NCBI RefSeq assembly: GCF_041555395.1
Contig: NZ_JBFFKM010000008.1
Location: 936-64,935 of the forward strand
Source of the DNA: Lutibacter sp.
GTDB lineage: Bacteria > Bacteroidota > Bacteroidia > Flavobacteriales > Flavobacteriaceae
Direction: 5' to 3'
DNA: 64,000 nucleotides
This document shows, piece by piece, positions 26,516-35,919 of the stretch (within the stretch, counting starts at the first letter, position 1; each line of letters opens with the position of its first letter). Both the position numbers and the translations under genes were made by a program. A model generated the notes under the pieces. That model did not search any database. It had not been told where the DNA came from and saw only the letters and a program-made list of their open reading frames with translations.

Positions 26516-28420
26516 ATGGGTAAAATTATAGGAATAGATTTAGGAACAACCAACTCGTGTGTCGCCGTAATGGAAGGAAACGAACCCGTTGTAATTCCTA
26601 ATGCAGAAGGGAAAAGAACAACACCTTCTATTGTAGCATTTATTGAAGGAGGAGAAAGAAAAGTGGGTGATCCTGCTAAACGTCAGGCTGTTACAAATCC
26701 TTTAAAAACAGTTTATTCGATTAAACGTTTTATGGGGAACAAATATTCTGAATCTAAAATGGAAGCAGAGCGCGTACCGTATAAAGTCGTAAAAGGAGAT
26801 AATGACACCCCTCGTGTAGATATCGACGGAAGATTGTATACGCCTCAAGAAATTTCAGCAATGATTCTTCAAAAAATGAAGAAAACTGCTGAAGATTATT
26901 TAGGTACAGAAGTAACGGAAGCAGTTGTAACAGTGCCTGCATATTTTAATGACGCACAACGTCAGGCCACTAAAGAAGCTGGAGAAATTGCCGGATTGAA
27001 AGTTAGCCGTATTATCAACGAGCCTACTGCTGCGGCATTGGCTTATGGTTTAGATAAAAAAGGAATCGATCAAAAAATTGTTGTTTTTGACTTTGGTGGA
27101 GGAACGCATGACGTTTCCATATTAGAATTGGGAGATGGCGTATTTGAAGTATTGTCAACTGATGGAGATACCCATTTAGGTGGGGATGATGTTGACCAAA
27201 AAATTATAGATTGGTTGGCAGCAGAGTTTAATGCTGAAGAAGGTATTGATTTACGTAAAGATCCAATGGCATTGCAACGTTTAAAAGAAGCTTCTGAAAA
27301 AGCCAAAATTGAATTGTCATCATCTGCAACAACTGAAATTAATTTACCTTATGTAACTGCCACTGCAAGTGGTCCAAAACATTTGGTTCGCAGTTTAACC
27401 AAAGCTAAATTTGAACAATTAATCGATGATTTAATCAAAAGAACTATTGAACCTTGTAAAACTGCGCTTAAAGGTGCCGGTTTAAAAGTAGGTGATATTA
27501 ATGAAATTATTTTGGTTGGTGGATCAACCCGTATTCCTGCTGTTGTTGAAGCTGTAGAAAAATTCTTCGGAAAATCACCGTCAAAAGGGGTGAATCCTGA
27601 TGAAGTCGTTGCTATTGGTGCCGCTATTCAAGGAGGTGTATTATCTGGTGATGTGAAAGATGTATTGTTGTTAGACGTTACGCCGCTTTCACTGGGTATT
27701 GAAACTATGGGAAATGTGATGACCAAATTAATTGAGGCAAACACGACCATTCCAACTAAAAAATCACAAGTATTTTCAACAGCGGCAGACAATCAGCCAT
27801 CTGTAGAAATTCACGTGTTGCAGGGTGAACGCGCAATGGCAGCCGATAATAAAACAATTGGACGTTTCCATTTGGATGGCATTCCGCCGGCACAAAGAGG
27901 AACACCTCAAATTGAAGTAACTTTTGATATTGATGCCAATGGTATTATTCACGTAACTGCCGGCGATAAAGCCACAGGAAAAACACAGGATATCAGAATT
28001 GAAGCTTCTTCTGGATTGACTGAGGATGAAATCAAAAAAATGAAAGCCGATGCGGAAGCAAATGCTGATTTAGATAAAAAAGCAAAAGAAACTGCTGAAA
28101 AAATCAATGCGGCAGATTCGATGATTTTCCAAACTGAAAAACAATTAAAAGAATTTGGAGAAAAATTGTCGGATGATAAAAAAGGCCCAATCGAAGCTGC
28201 ACTTGCTGAATTGAAAAAAGCTCATGAAACAAAAGATATTGCACAAATTGATGCTGCAATGGAAAAAATTAATGAAGCTTGGAAAGTTGCCAGCGAAGAA
28301 ATGTACAAAGCCGAACAAGAAACACAAGGTGCTCCTGCAGGTGATACAGGAAATGGACAACCTAAAGGTGAGGGAGACCATGTAGAAGATGTTGACTTTG
28401 AAGAAGTAAAAGAAGATTAA
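26516..28420 (+). CDS. dnaK: Chaperone DnaK (Hsp70)
   Basis: [51 protein letters not shown]. Confidence 0.99.
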   Translation: MGKIIGIDLGTTNSCVAVMEGNEPVVIPNAEGKRTTPSIVAFIEGGERKVGDPAKRQAVTNPLKTVYSIKRFMGNKYSESKMEAERVPYKVVKGDNDTPRVDIDGRLYTPQEISAMILQKMKKTAEDYLGTEVTEAVVTVPAYFNDAQRQATKEAGEIAGLKVSRIINEPTAAALAYGLDKKGIDQKIVVFDFGGGTHDVSILELGDGVFEVLSTDGDTHLGGDDVDQKIIDWLAAEFNAEEGIDLRKDPMALQRLKEASEKAKIELSSSATTEINLPYVTATASGPKHLVRSLTKAKFEQLIDDLIKRTIEPCKTALKGAGLKVGDINEIILVGGSTRIPAVVEAVEKFFGKSPSKGVNPDEVVAIGAAIQGGVLSGDVKDVLLLDVTPLSLGIETMGNVMTKLIEANTTIPTKKSQVFSTAADNQPSVEIHVLQGERAMAADNKTIGRFHLDGIPPAQRGTPQIEVTFDIDANGIIHVTAGDKATGKTQDIRIEASSGLTEDEIKKMKADAEANADLDKKAKETAEKINAADSMIFQTEKQLKEFGEKLSDDKKGPIEAALAELKKAHETKDIAQIDAAMEKINEAWKVASEEMYKAEQETQGAPAGDTGNGQPKGEGDHVEDVDFEEVKED

Positions 28421-28438
28421 TCTTTGTTGAAATAAAGA

Positions 28439-28470
28439 AAAAAACGCTTCCAATTTTGGAAGCGTTTTTT
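28439..28470. terminator. Intrinsic terminator after dnaK
   Basis: AAAAAACGCTTCCAA-TT-TTGGAAGCGTTTTTT. Confidence 0.88.
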
Positions 28471-28486
28471 GTTTAAATAGTTATTG

Positions 28487-28500
28487 TTATGCGTGCATAA
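28487..28500. promoter_or_regulatory. Palindromic operator-like site (TTATGC-GT-GCATAA)
   Basis: Perfect 6+6 dyad 7 nt upstream of -7 element TATATTTG (28508-28515). Confidence 0.5.
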
Positions 28501-28529
28501 TATTTAGTATATTTGGTCAAATTATAATT

Positions 28530-29480
28530 ATGAATTCAACTAAATTAACGCAGCTTTTAAACATAAAACACCCCATTATTCAAGCACCCATGTTTTTAGT
28601 TTCCAATACATCTATGGTTGTTGAAGGGATGAAAGGCGGCATTGCAGGTTGTATTCCTGCATTAAATTACAGAACACTCAACGATTTAAAATCAGCTATA
28701 AAGGAACTGAAAGCAGCAAAAACGGAAGGTGGATCATTCGGTTTTAATTTGATTGTAAACAAATCGAACATAAAATATAAAGGTCAGTTAGAAGTTATTT
28801 GCAACGAAGGTGCAGATTTTATTATAACATCGCTTGGGAATCCGGAAGCAACCATTAAAATGGCTCATAAAAATAATATTAAGGTTTTTTGTGATGTAAC
28901 GGATTTAAACTTTGCACAAAAAGTAGAAAGTTTAGGTGCTGATGCCATTATTGCTGTAAATAATGAAGCAGGTGGCCATAGGGGAAATTCGTCTCCTGAA
29001 GCGTTGATAAAGTTATTGGTTGCCAATTGCAAGATTCCTGTAATTTCTGCCGGAGGCGTAGGCTGCAAAGCTGACATTGACAAAATGACAAGTTATGGCG
29101 CCGAAGGTGTATCCGTAGGAAGTCCTTTTATTGCTTCTTTAGAGGCAGGGGTAACACAAGAATATAAACAAGCTTGTGTGGATTATGGTGCCGAAGATAT
29201 TGTGATGACCGAGCGAATTTCCGGAACGCCTTGTACCGTAATTAACACGCCTTATGTACAAAAAACAGGGACAAAGCAAACATGGATTGAAACGGTATTA
29301 AATAAAAATAAAAAGTTTAAAAAGTGGGTTAAAATGATTCGGTTTTCAATAGGAATGAAAGCAACCGAAAATGCCGCAACAAAGGTAACTTATAAAACAG
29401 TTTGGGTGGCCGGACCAAGTATTGAGCATACCAAAGAAATTTTATCGGTAAGAAAAATCATTGACAATTTGGTTAATTGA
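28530..29480 (+). CDS. Nitronate monooxygenase/FabK-like FMN oxidoreductase
   Basis: PIIQAPMFLVS, EAGGHRG, PVISAGG, GVSVGSPF. Confidence 0.85.
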   Translation: MNSTKLTQLLNIKHPIIQAPMFLVSNTSMVVEGMKGGIAGCIPALNYRTLNDLKSAIKELKAAKTEGGSFGFNLIVNKSNIKYKGQLEVICNEGADFIITSLGNPEATIKMAHKNNIKVFCDVTDLNFAQKVESLGADAIIAVNNEAGGHRGNSSPEALIKLLVANCKIPVISAGGVGCKADIDKMTSYGAEGVSVGSPFIASLEAGVTQEYKQACVDYGAEDIVMTERISGTPCTVINTPYVQKTGTKQTWIETVLNKNKKFKKWVKMIRFSIGMKATENAATKVTYKTVWVAGPSIEHTKEILSVRKIIDNLVN

Positions 29481-30372
29481 TTAAATCTTTCAAGGCTGTT
29501 TCTATGGTTGGAAACTTAAATTTAAATCCTGTTGACGCTATTTTTTCTGATGAAATACGGCTCCCTTCCAATATTATTAAGGCCATTTCTCCCAAAATTA
29601 GTTTTAAAAAGAAAGCTGGAATATTGGGTAGCCATAATGGTTTTTTAAGTTTTTTTGCAATATTTTTGGTGAGTGATTTATTGGTGATGTGCTCTGGAGC
29701 CACGGCATTATAAATTCCATTTAATTCATTATTTTCAATGGCTTCAACGTACATATTGCTTAAGTCATCTTCATGAATCCAGGGAATATATTGTTTGCCG
29801 TTTCCAAGTGCAGCGCCAACACCAAATTTTATGGGCTTGCTTAATTTCTCTAAAGCACCGCCATTACTTGAAAATACTACGCCAGTTCTAAAAATGACGG
29901 TTTTTATGTTTAGTGCATTAAATTGGGTTGAAGCTTTTTCCCAAACTTTACAAATATCACTGATGAAATCTTCTCCGGGAGCGTGATTCTCATTATAAAT
30001 TTTTTCTGAAGTTGTCGCACCGTAATAGCCAATTCCGGAAGCTGCAATAAATCCTTTTAAGTTGGGATTTAATTCTTTCACTTTTTCAAATATAAGATTG
30101 GCGGTTTCAACCCGGCTGTTTATTAAAACCCGCTTTCTTTCTGCAGTCCAGCGTTCATCAGCAATGCCTGCGCCTGCCAAATGAATAATATAATCTGCTT
30201 CAATAATGGCTTTTGCATCTATGTAACGCGTATCTGGATTCCAATAATATGTATTGGGTTTTATGTTTTGGTTTCTGCTTAATACGGCAACTATATGGCC
30301 TTTGTTTCTAAGTAATTCGCAAACTTTTTTTCCTATTAATCCGGTTCCGCCGGTCACTAAAATTGAAGCCAT
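29473..30372 (-). CDS. TIGR01777 family NAD-dependent epimerase (YfcH-like)
   Basis: ILVTGGTGLIG, HLAGAGIADERWT, GNGKQYIPWIH, YNAVAP. Confidence 0.9.
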   Translation of the reverse strand: MASILVTGGTGLIGKKVCELLRNKGHIVAVLSRNQNIKPNTYYWNPDTRYIDAKAIIEADYIIHLAGAGIADERWTAERKRVLINSRVETANLIFEKVKELNPNLKGFIAASGIGYYGATTSEKIYNENHAPGEDFISDICKVWEKASTQFNALNIKTVIFRTGVVFSSNGGALEKLSKPIKFGVGAALGNGKQYIPWIHEDDLSNMYVEAIENNELNGIYNAVAPEHITNKSLTKNIAKKLKKPLWLPNIPAFFLKLILGEMALIILEGSRISSEKIASTGFKFKFPTIETALKDLIN

Positions 30373-30374
30373 AA

Positions 30375-30422
30375 AAAATTCGGTTATTGGTGGTATAAAG
30401 AAACAAAAAATAACCGAATTTT
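30375..30422 (-). terminator. Large-loop hairpin/terminator between oxidoreductase operon and TIGR01777 gene
   Basis: AAAATTCGGTTATT-(20 nt)-AATAACCGAATTTT; U-run follows on - strand. Confidence 0.55.
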
Positions 30423-30443
30423 GAAATAAAGAACAATTAAAAA

Positions 30444-31013
30444 CTAATTTTGAAACATGTGCTCCTTAACTTTATAAGGAACAATATTTTTCATTCCCAT
30501 GGTGATGGCTTCCAAATTTAACGGAATTAGGTTATGGTAACGTTCAGAGATTGATTTTTTTAGGCCTTCAATCACATTTTCTAATTTTACAATGGGTTTT
30601 ACTTTTAGATAGCCACCCAAAATAATCATATTAAAAATTTTCTTATTTCCCATTTCTGAAGCCAGTTTTGTGCCTTCAATTTGGAAAATTTTGATATCTG
30701 TTCTTGTGGGATGTGCAGTAATTCCATTGGGATCATAAATTAAAATGCCTCCAGGTTTTACGGATTCCTCAAATTTATCCATGGACTGCTGATTCAAAAT
30801 AATGGCGGTATCCACTATTTTTAAGTATGGAGAACTAATTTTTTCATCACTTAAAATAACGGTAACATTTGCAGTTCCACCGCGCATTTCCGGTCCGTAA
30901 GAAGGCATCCAGCTCACTTCCTGATCTTGCATGATGCCAGAATAGGCTAATATTTTCCCCATTGACAGCACTCCTTGTCCACCAAAACCTGCGATAATAA
31001 TTTCTTCTGTCAT
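30444..31013 (-). CDS. 2-oxoacid:ferredoxin oxidoreductase gamma subunit
   Basis: AGFGGQGVLSMG, PSYGPEMRGGTA, NMIILG. Confidence 0.92.
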   Translation of the reverse strand: MTEEIIIAGFGGQGVLSMGKILAYSGIMQDQEVSWMPSYGPEMRGGTANVTVILSDEKISSPYLKIVDTAIILNQQSMDKFEESVKPGGILIYDPNGITAHPTRTDIKIFQIEGTKLASEMGNKKIFNMIILGGYLKVKPIVKLENVIEGLKKSISERYHNLIPLNLEAITMGMKNIVPYKVKEHMFQN

Positions 31014-31016
31014 TTT

Positions 31017-31793
31017 TTATTTTTTTAAGATACCATCTACTTTTATATCACCTAGCGGAAAGTATGGGAACATATTTTCTTCCATCCAAATATTTGATTC
31101 ATTTGGTCCCATTTTCCAACCGGAGTTGCAGTTTGACACGATTTCAATAAAGGAAATTCCTTTGTTCAGCCGAGTGTTTTCAAATGCTTTTTGAATCGCT
31201 TTTTTAGCTTTACGCGCGTGTTTGTGCGTATGAACAGCGTGACGGGTTACGTAATAAACACCGGGAAGATTGGCGATTAACTCTGTTATTTTTAGTGGTG
31301 AACCCATTGTTTCAATGTCTCTTCCATAAGGTGATGTGGAAGATTTCATTCCTGCTAAAGTTGTTGGTGCCATTTGCCCGCCTGTCATTCCATAAATACC
31401 GTTATTTACAAAAATAATGACAATATTTTCTCCTCTGTTGCATGCGTGAATGGTTTCTGCAGTTCCGATAGCGGCCAAATCACCGTCGCCCTGGTAAGTG
31501 AACACATATTTTTCAGGCCAAAGTCTTGAAATAGCTGTTGCTACTGCTGGTGCGCGTCCATGGGCAGCTTGTGTCATATCTATATTCATAAAATCATAGG
31601 CCAAAACAGAGCAGCCAACTGGTGCAACACCAATGGTTTCTTCTGAAATTCCCATTTCATCAATGACTTCCATAGTTAAATTGTGCGCAGTGCCATGACC
31701 ACAACCCGGACAATAAGACAGGGCGTTGTCGGTCATTAATTTTGATTTACAGAATACTTGATTCTCTGGTTTTATGATGTTTAATACTTCCAT
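31017..31793 (-). CDS. 2-oxoacid:ferredoxin oxidoreductase TPP-binding (beta) subunit, Vor-type
   Basis: YCPGCGHG, PVGCS, HGRAPA, YQGDGDL, NNGIYGMTGGQMAPTT. Confidence 0.92.
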   Translation of the reverse strand: MEVLNIIKPENQVFCKSKLMTDNALSYCPGCGHGTAHNLTMEVIDEMGISEETIGVAPVGCSVLAYDFMNIDMTQAAHGRAPAVATAISRLWPEKYVFTYQGDGDLAAIGTAETIHACNRGENIVIIFVNNGIYGMTGGQMAPTTLAGMKSSTSPYGRDIETMGSPLKITELIANLPGVYYVTRHAVHTHKHARKAKKAIQKAFENTRLNKGISFIEIVSNCNSGWKMGPNESNIWMEENMFPYFPLGDIKVDGILKK

Positions 31794-32871
31794 GTTTAAT
31801 AATTTTTTGTTCTAAAGCTTCTAAAATTTCTTCTGGAGTGTGAATAATTCCTCCGGTTCTGCCAAAATGTTCAACAGGTACTTTATGTTCAACAGAAAGC
31901 CTTACATCTTCTACCATCTGACCGGCATTTAATTCAACGCTTAAAATTCCTTTTACCTGATCGGCCAATTCAAATAGGGCTTGTTTAGGATAAGGAAATA
32001 AGGTTATTGGTCGTAATAGACCCACTTTTATTCCTTTTGCTCTTCCCAATTCTACCGCTTTTTGTGAAATTCTTGCACTTGACCCATATGCAACAATTAA
32101 ATATTCCGCGTCATCACAGTTTATTTTTTCAAAACGCAAATCCTCTTTTTCCATTTGTTCATATTTTTTCATTAACCTATGAACTCTGGCTTCCATTTTT
32201 TCCGATTGTAAATCGAGAGACGTAATAATATTACGTTCTCTTCCTTTTCTTCCGGTTACTGCCCAATCGCCATATTTTTCGATCAGCTCCTTATCGGTCA
32301 TTCTTTGTTTTTGTGGTTTAAGAATTACCTTTTCCATCATTTGGCCAATTAATCCATCGGAAAGAATTAAAACAGGGGCGCGATATTTAAAAGCAATATC
32401 AAAGGCGTCTTCTACAAAATCCGACATTTCCTGAACCGATGCCGGTGCTAAAACATAGAGTTTGTAATCTCCATGTCCGCCGCCTTTTACCGATTGAAAA
32501 TAGTCGGCCTGAGAAGGTTGAATAGTTCCCAATCCTGGTCCGCCGCGAACAACATTGACAATTACTGCAGGCAATTCTGCACCTGCTAAATAGGAGATTC
32601 CTTCAAGTTTAAGAGAAATCCCAGGACTTGATGATGAAGTCATTGCTTTTTTACCGGTACTTGCAGCGCCGTAAACCATGTTTATTGCTGCTATTTCGCT
32701 TTCAGCTTGTAAAACAACCATCCCCGTTCTTTTTTCGGGACGTTCGGTCATTAAATATTCAATAATTTCTGTTTGTGGTGTTATAGGATAACCGAAATAA
32801 CCATCAACTCCAGCCCTAATTGCAGCTTCAGCCAAGGCTTCGTTACCTTTCATTAATTTTAATTCTGACAT
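31747..32871 (-). CDS. 2-oxoacid:ferredoxin oxidoreductase alpha subunit (VorB-like)
   Basis: MKGNEALAEAAI, GYPITPQTE, QAESE, TSSSSPG, RGGPGLG; start set at MSELKLM (32871). Confidence 0.92.
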   Translation of the reverse strand: MSELKLMKGNEALAEAAIRAGVDGYFGYPITPQTEIIEYLMTERPEKRTGMVVLQAESEIAAINMVYGAASTGKKAMTSSSSPGISLKLEGISYLAGAELPAVIVNVVRGGPGLGTIQPSQADYFQSVKGGGHGDYKLYVLAPASVQEMSDFVEDAFDIAFKYRAPVLILSDGLIGQMMEKVILKPQKQRMTDKELIEKYGDWAVTGRKGRERNIITSLDLQSEKMEARVHRLMKKYEQMEKEDLRFEKINCDDAEYLIVAYGSSARISQKAVELGRAKGIKVGLLRPITLFPYPKQALFELADQVKGILSVELNAGQMVEDVRLSVEHKVPVEHFGRTGGIIHTPEEILEALEQKIIKHGSIKHHKTRESSIL

Positions 32872-32891
32872 TCTTTGAAATGTTTTAATGG

Positions 32892-33122
32892 TTATGCTGA
32901 AACTTTTACTCTGTATACGGAGATTGCTCTGTCTGGACATACAATTCCACAGTTTGTGCAGCCTGTGCAAGCTTCAGGGTTTTTCATATAAGCATAGTGA
33001 TAGCCTTTTCTGTTTATGTTTGTTGACATGCCAATCACATCTTCCGGACAAACAGGAATACAAACTTCGCAGCCCTTGCAGGTTTGCGTATCAACAACTA
33101 TAGCTCCTTTTACTTTTGCCAT
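32892..33122 (-). CDS. 2x[4Fe-4S] ferredoxin (delta subunit)
   Basis: CKGCEVCIPVCP and CTGCTNCGIVCP. Confidence 0.93.
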   Translation of the reverse strand: MAKVKGAIVVDTQTCKGCEVCIPVCPEDVIGMSTNINRKGYHYAYMKNPEACTGCTNCGIVCPDRAISVYRVKVSA

Positions 33123-33168
33123 ATCAATAAATTTATATATGATTATTCTACTGTAATTTTAGTATTCT

Positions 33169-33176
33169 CAAAGATA
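33169..33176 (-). promoter_or_regulatory. -7 element (TATCTTTG) for ferredoxin-oxidoreductase operon
   Basis: CAAAGATA on + strand, 46 nt before ATG. Confidence 0.6.
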
Positions 33177-33198
33177 TGGGTTATTTATTGTAAAAAGA

Positions 33199-33212
33199 AT
33201 GATAAATATCAA
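33199..33212. promoter_or_regulatory. FNR/CRP-family binding-site-like dyad
   Basis: ATGAT-AAAT-ATCAA, 9/10 match to TTGAT-N4-ATCAA. Confidence 0.5.
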
Positions 33213-33251
33213 TACGAAAAGTTTTCCGATACTTTTAAATGATTTGCTAAA

Positions 33252-33281
33252 AATAAAAACACCCAAGAGGGTGTTTTTATT
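33252..33281. terminator. Intrinsic terminator after E1 dehydrogenase gene
   Basis: AATAAAAACACCC-AAGA-GGGTGTTTTTATT. Confidence 0.85.
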
Positions 33282-33311
33282 GATAAATTTTAAAATGTAA
33301 TTTGTGTTACA

Positions 33312-35762
33312 TTAATACAATGGTTTATATTTTGTTGGATTTGCCTCATTCATAATACTATAAATTGCTTCAAAAATATCTTCTTCATTGGGTTTTGAAA
33401 AATAATCGCCATCAGTTCCATAAGCTGCTCTGTGTGGTTTGGCAGTTAAAGTAACCGGTTTGCTGTCTAAATAGGCATAGGCATTTTGTTTTTCCAAAAT
33501 TTCATTTAATAAATAGGCCGAAGCGCCTCCGGGAACATCTTCATCAATAATAATTAACCTGTTTGTTTTTTTGATACTTTTAACAACATCTTTATTGTTG
33601 TCAAAAGGCAGCAGACTTTGAACATCAATTATTTCGATATCAATATCAACCTGTTTTAAACTATTGACCACATCTTCTACTAGTTTTAATGTTGAGCCAT
33701 AAGAAACTACAGTAACATCAGTACCGGTTCTAATGGTTTCGACAATGCCAATGGGTGTTTTAAATTCTCCTAAATTGTTAGGGAATTTTTCCTTAAGTCG
33801 GTATCCGTTTAAATTTTCAACAATTAAAGCAGGCTCATCACACTCCAATAAAGTATTGTAAAATCCGGCAGCTTTTGTCATATTTCTCGGAACCAAAATA
33901 TTCATTCCTCTTAATAAATGCACAATAGCGCCCATAGGTGATCCAGAATGCCAGATCCCTTCCAAACGGTGACCACGGGTTCTAACAATTAACGGGGCTT
34001 TTTGTTTGCCTACGGTCCTGTAATGCAGCGTTGCCAGATCATCGCTAAGTATTTGTACAGCATATAATAAATAATCCAAATATTGAATTTCAGCAATTGG
34101 TCGCAATCCTCTAAGCGCCATTCCAATTCCTTGGCCTATTATAGTTGCTTCTCTAATTCCTGTATCGGCAACATGAAGTTTCCCATATTTTTCCTGAAGA
34201 CCTACAAGACCCTGATTCACATCGCCAATATTTCCTGCATCTTCACCAAAAATGAATAAATCGTTATACTTTGAAAACAGAATGTCAAAATTGTCTTTTA
34301 TAATTATTCTTCCGTCAACCAGCTCTGCGTTTGCATCATAAGTTGGTAAAACTTCTTTTACATGGCTTGCTTTTTTGTCACTTTGGCTGTATAAAAAGGA
34401 ACTGTAGTTTTGTTGTTCTGTTTTTAAATAATGGGTAATCCAATTTTGAAGTTGTGTTTTTTCAGCAGATTTTTCATCTCTTACATACACAATGGATTTT
34501 CTCGCAGCAACTAAAAGATCTTTTCTTGAAGTGTCAATTATGGCGGACAAATCGTTTTTTAATTTAACGATAAAAGATTTGTTATGGCTTTTTTCGGAAA
34601 GGTTCACGAGCAATTGAATTACCTTAATTTTTTCTTCCCTAACCGGGTTTAAAAAAGCATTCCAAGCATCTCTCCTGGCTTGATTGACCTCTTTTTTTGC
34701 CTCTTTTTCTATTTTTATTAATTCTTCTTCGTCATCAATAAAACGCAGCAAGTTATTGTTGCTGTCTTTTAATTCGAATTCAATAATCCAATCACGCATT
34801 TTGGCCAAACAGTCATTTTGTTTTTCCCAAATTAAACGCTCTTTAGATTTATAACGTTCGTGCGAACCGGAAGTTGAATGGCCTTGCGGCTGTGTTAAAT
34901 CTTTTACGTGAATTAGTACAGGAACATGTTCTTCACGCGCTATTTTTGCCGCTTTATTGTATACCGAAATCAACTGGGGATAATCCCAGCCTTTAACCAC
35001 AAAAATTTCAAATCCATCTTCAGTTTCATTCCGTTGAAATCCTTTTAATATCTCAGAAATACTTTCTTTGGTGGTTTGATATTTTGCAGGAACCGAAATA
35101 CCATAATCATCATCCCAAACACTAATAATCATAGGAACCTGTAATACGCCGGCTGCATTTATGGTTTCAAAAAACAAGCCTTCGGAAGTGCTTGCGTTTC
35201 CAATGGTTCCCCAAGAAACTTCATTTCCGTTGTTTGAAAATTTCGGCTTTTTTAATTCAGGAATGTTTCGAAATATTTTTGAAGCCTGTGCAATTCCAAG
35301 CATTCTGGGCATTTGGCCTGCTGTTGGTGAAATATCTCCGGTTGAATTGTATTGTTCTGTTAAGTTTTTAAAATGGCCATTTTCATCCAAACTATGGGTT
35401 GCGAAATGACCGCCCATTTGTCTTCCGCCCGACATTGGCTCAGCATTAATATCGGCATGTGCATACAAACCTGCAAAAAATTGTCGTGGCGTTAATTCAC
35501 CAATCGCCATCATAAAAGTTTGATCACGATAATAACCCGATCTAAAATCACCTTTTTTGAAAGCTTTCGCCATAGCCAATTGCGGCACTTCTTTGCCATC
35601 TCCAAAAATACCAAATTTTGCCTTTCCGGTTAAAACTTCTCTACGGCCCAAGTAACTGCACTCTCTACTTGTCACCGCAATTTGGTAATCGTGCAGGACT
35701 TCTTTTTTAAACTGATTAAAAGATAATTGTTCTTGGTTTGTGGATGTAGATTTTACCTGCAT
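33312..35762 (-). CDS. Fused E1 alpha/beta 2-oxoacid dehydrogenase (2-oxoisovalerate dehydrogenase-like), TPP dependent
   Basis: GDGKE, SGYYRDQT, GNASTSEG, GHSTSGSH, FGEDAG, DTGIREATIIG, EIQYLDY; start set at MQVKS (35762), consistent with -7 element at 35787-35794. Confidence 0.9.
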   Translation of the reverse strand: MQVKSTSTNQEQLSFNQFKKEVLHDYQIAVTSRECSYLGRREVLTGKAKFGIFGDGKEVPQLAMAKAFKKGDFRSGYYRDQTFMMAIGELTPRQFFAGLYAHADINAEPMSGGRQMGGHFATHSLDENGHFKNLTEQYNSTGDISPTAGQMPRMLGIAQASKIFRNIPELKKPKFSNNGNEVSWGTIGNASTSEGLFFETINAAGVLQVPMIISVWDDDYGISVPAKYQTTKESISEILKGFQRNETEDGFEIFVVKGWDYPQLISVYNKAAKIAREEHVPVLIHVKDLTQPQGHSTSGSHERYKSKERLIWEKQNDCLAKMRDWIIEFELKDSNNNLLRFIDDEEELIKIEKEAKKEVNQARRDAWNAFLNPVREEKIKVIQLLVNLSEKSHNKSFIVKLKNDLSAIIDTSRKDLLVAARKSIVYVRDEKSAEKTQLQNWITHYLKTEQQNYSSFLYSQSDKKASHVKEVLPTYDANAELVDGRIIIKDNFDILFSKYNDLFIFGEDAGNIGDVNQGLVGLQEKYGKLHVADTGIREATIIGQGIGMALRGLRPIAEIQYLDYLLYAVQILSDDLATLHYRTVGKQKAPLIVRTRGHRLEGIWHSGSPMGAIVHLLRGMNILVPRNMTKAAGFYNTLLECDEPALIVENLNGYRLKEKFPNNLGEFKTPIGIVETIRTGTDVTVVSYGSTLKLVEDVVNSLKQVDIDIEIIDVQSLLPFDNNKDVVKSIKKTNRLIIIDEDVPGGASAYLLNEILEKQNAYAYLDSKPVTLTAKPHRAAYGTDGDYFSKPNEEDIFEAIYSIMNEANPTKYKPLY

Positions 35763-35866
35763 GTTTTTGATTTTTTTTAGTAGGTGCAAAGTTACAATTT
35801 TAAAAGGTATTTAAAATTGGATTTAAAAAATGAATATAAGTTTAAAAATAATCAAAAAAAATGAAG

Positions 35867-35894
35867 TAGGTTAAAATTTGAAATTTTAAACCTA
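35867..35894. terminator. Possible terminator hairpin
   Basis: TAGGTTAAAAT...ATTTTAAACCTA with one bulge. Confidence 0.4.
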
Positions 35895-35919
35895 TATTTT
35901 TATTCAGTTGAATTTAAAA

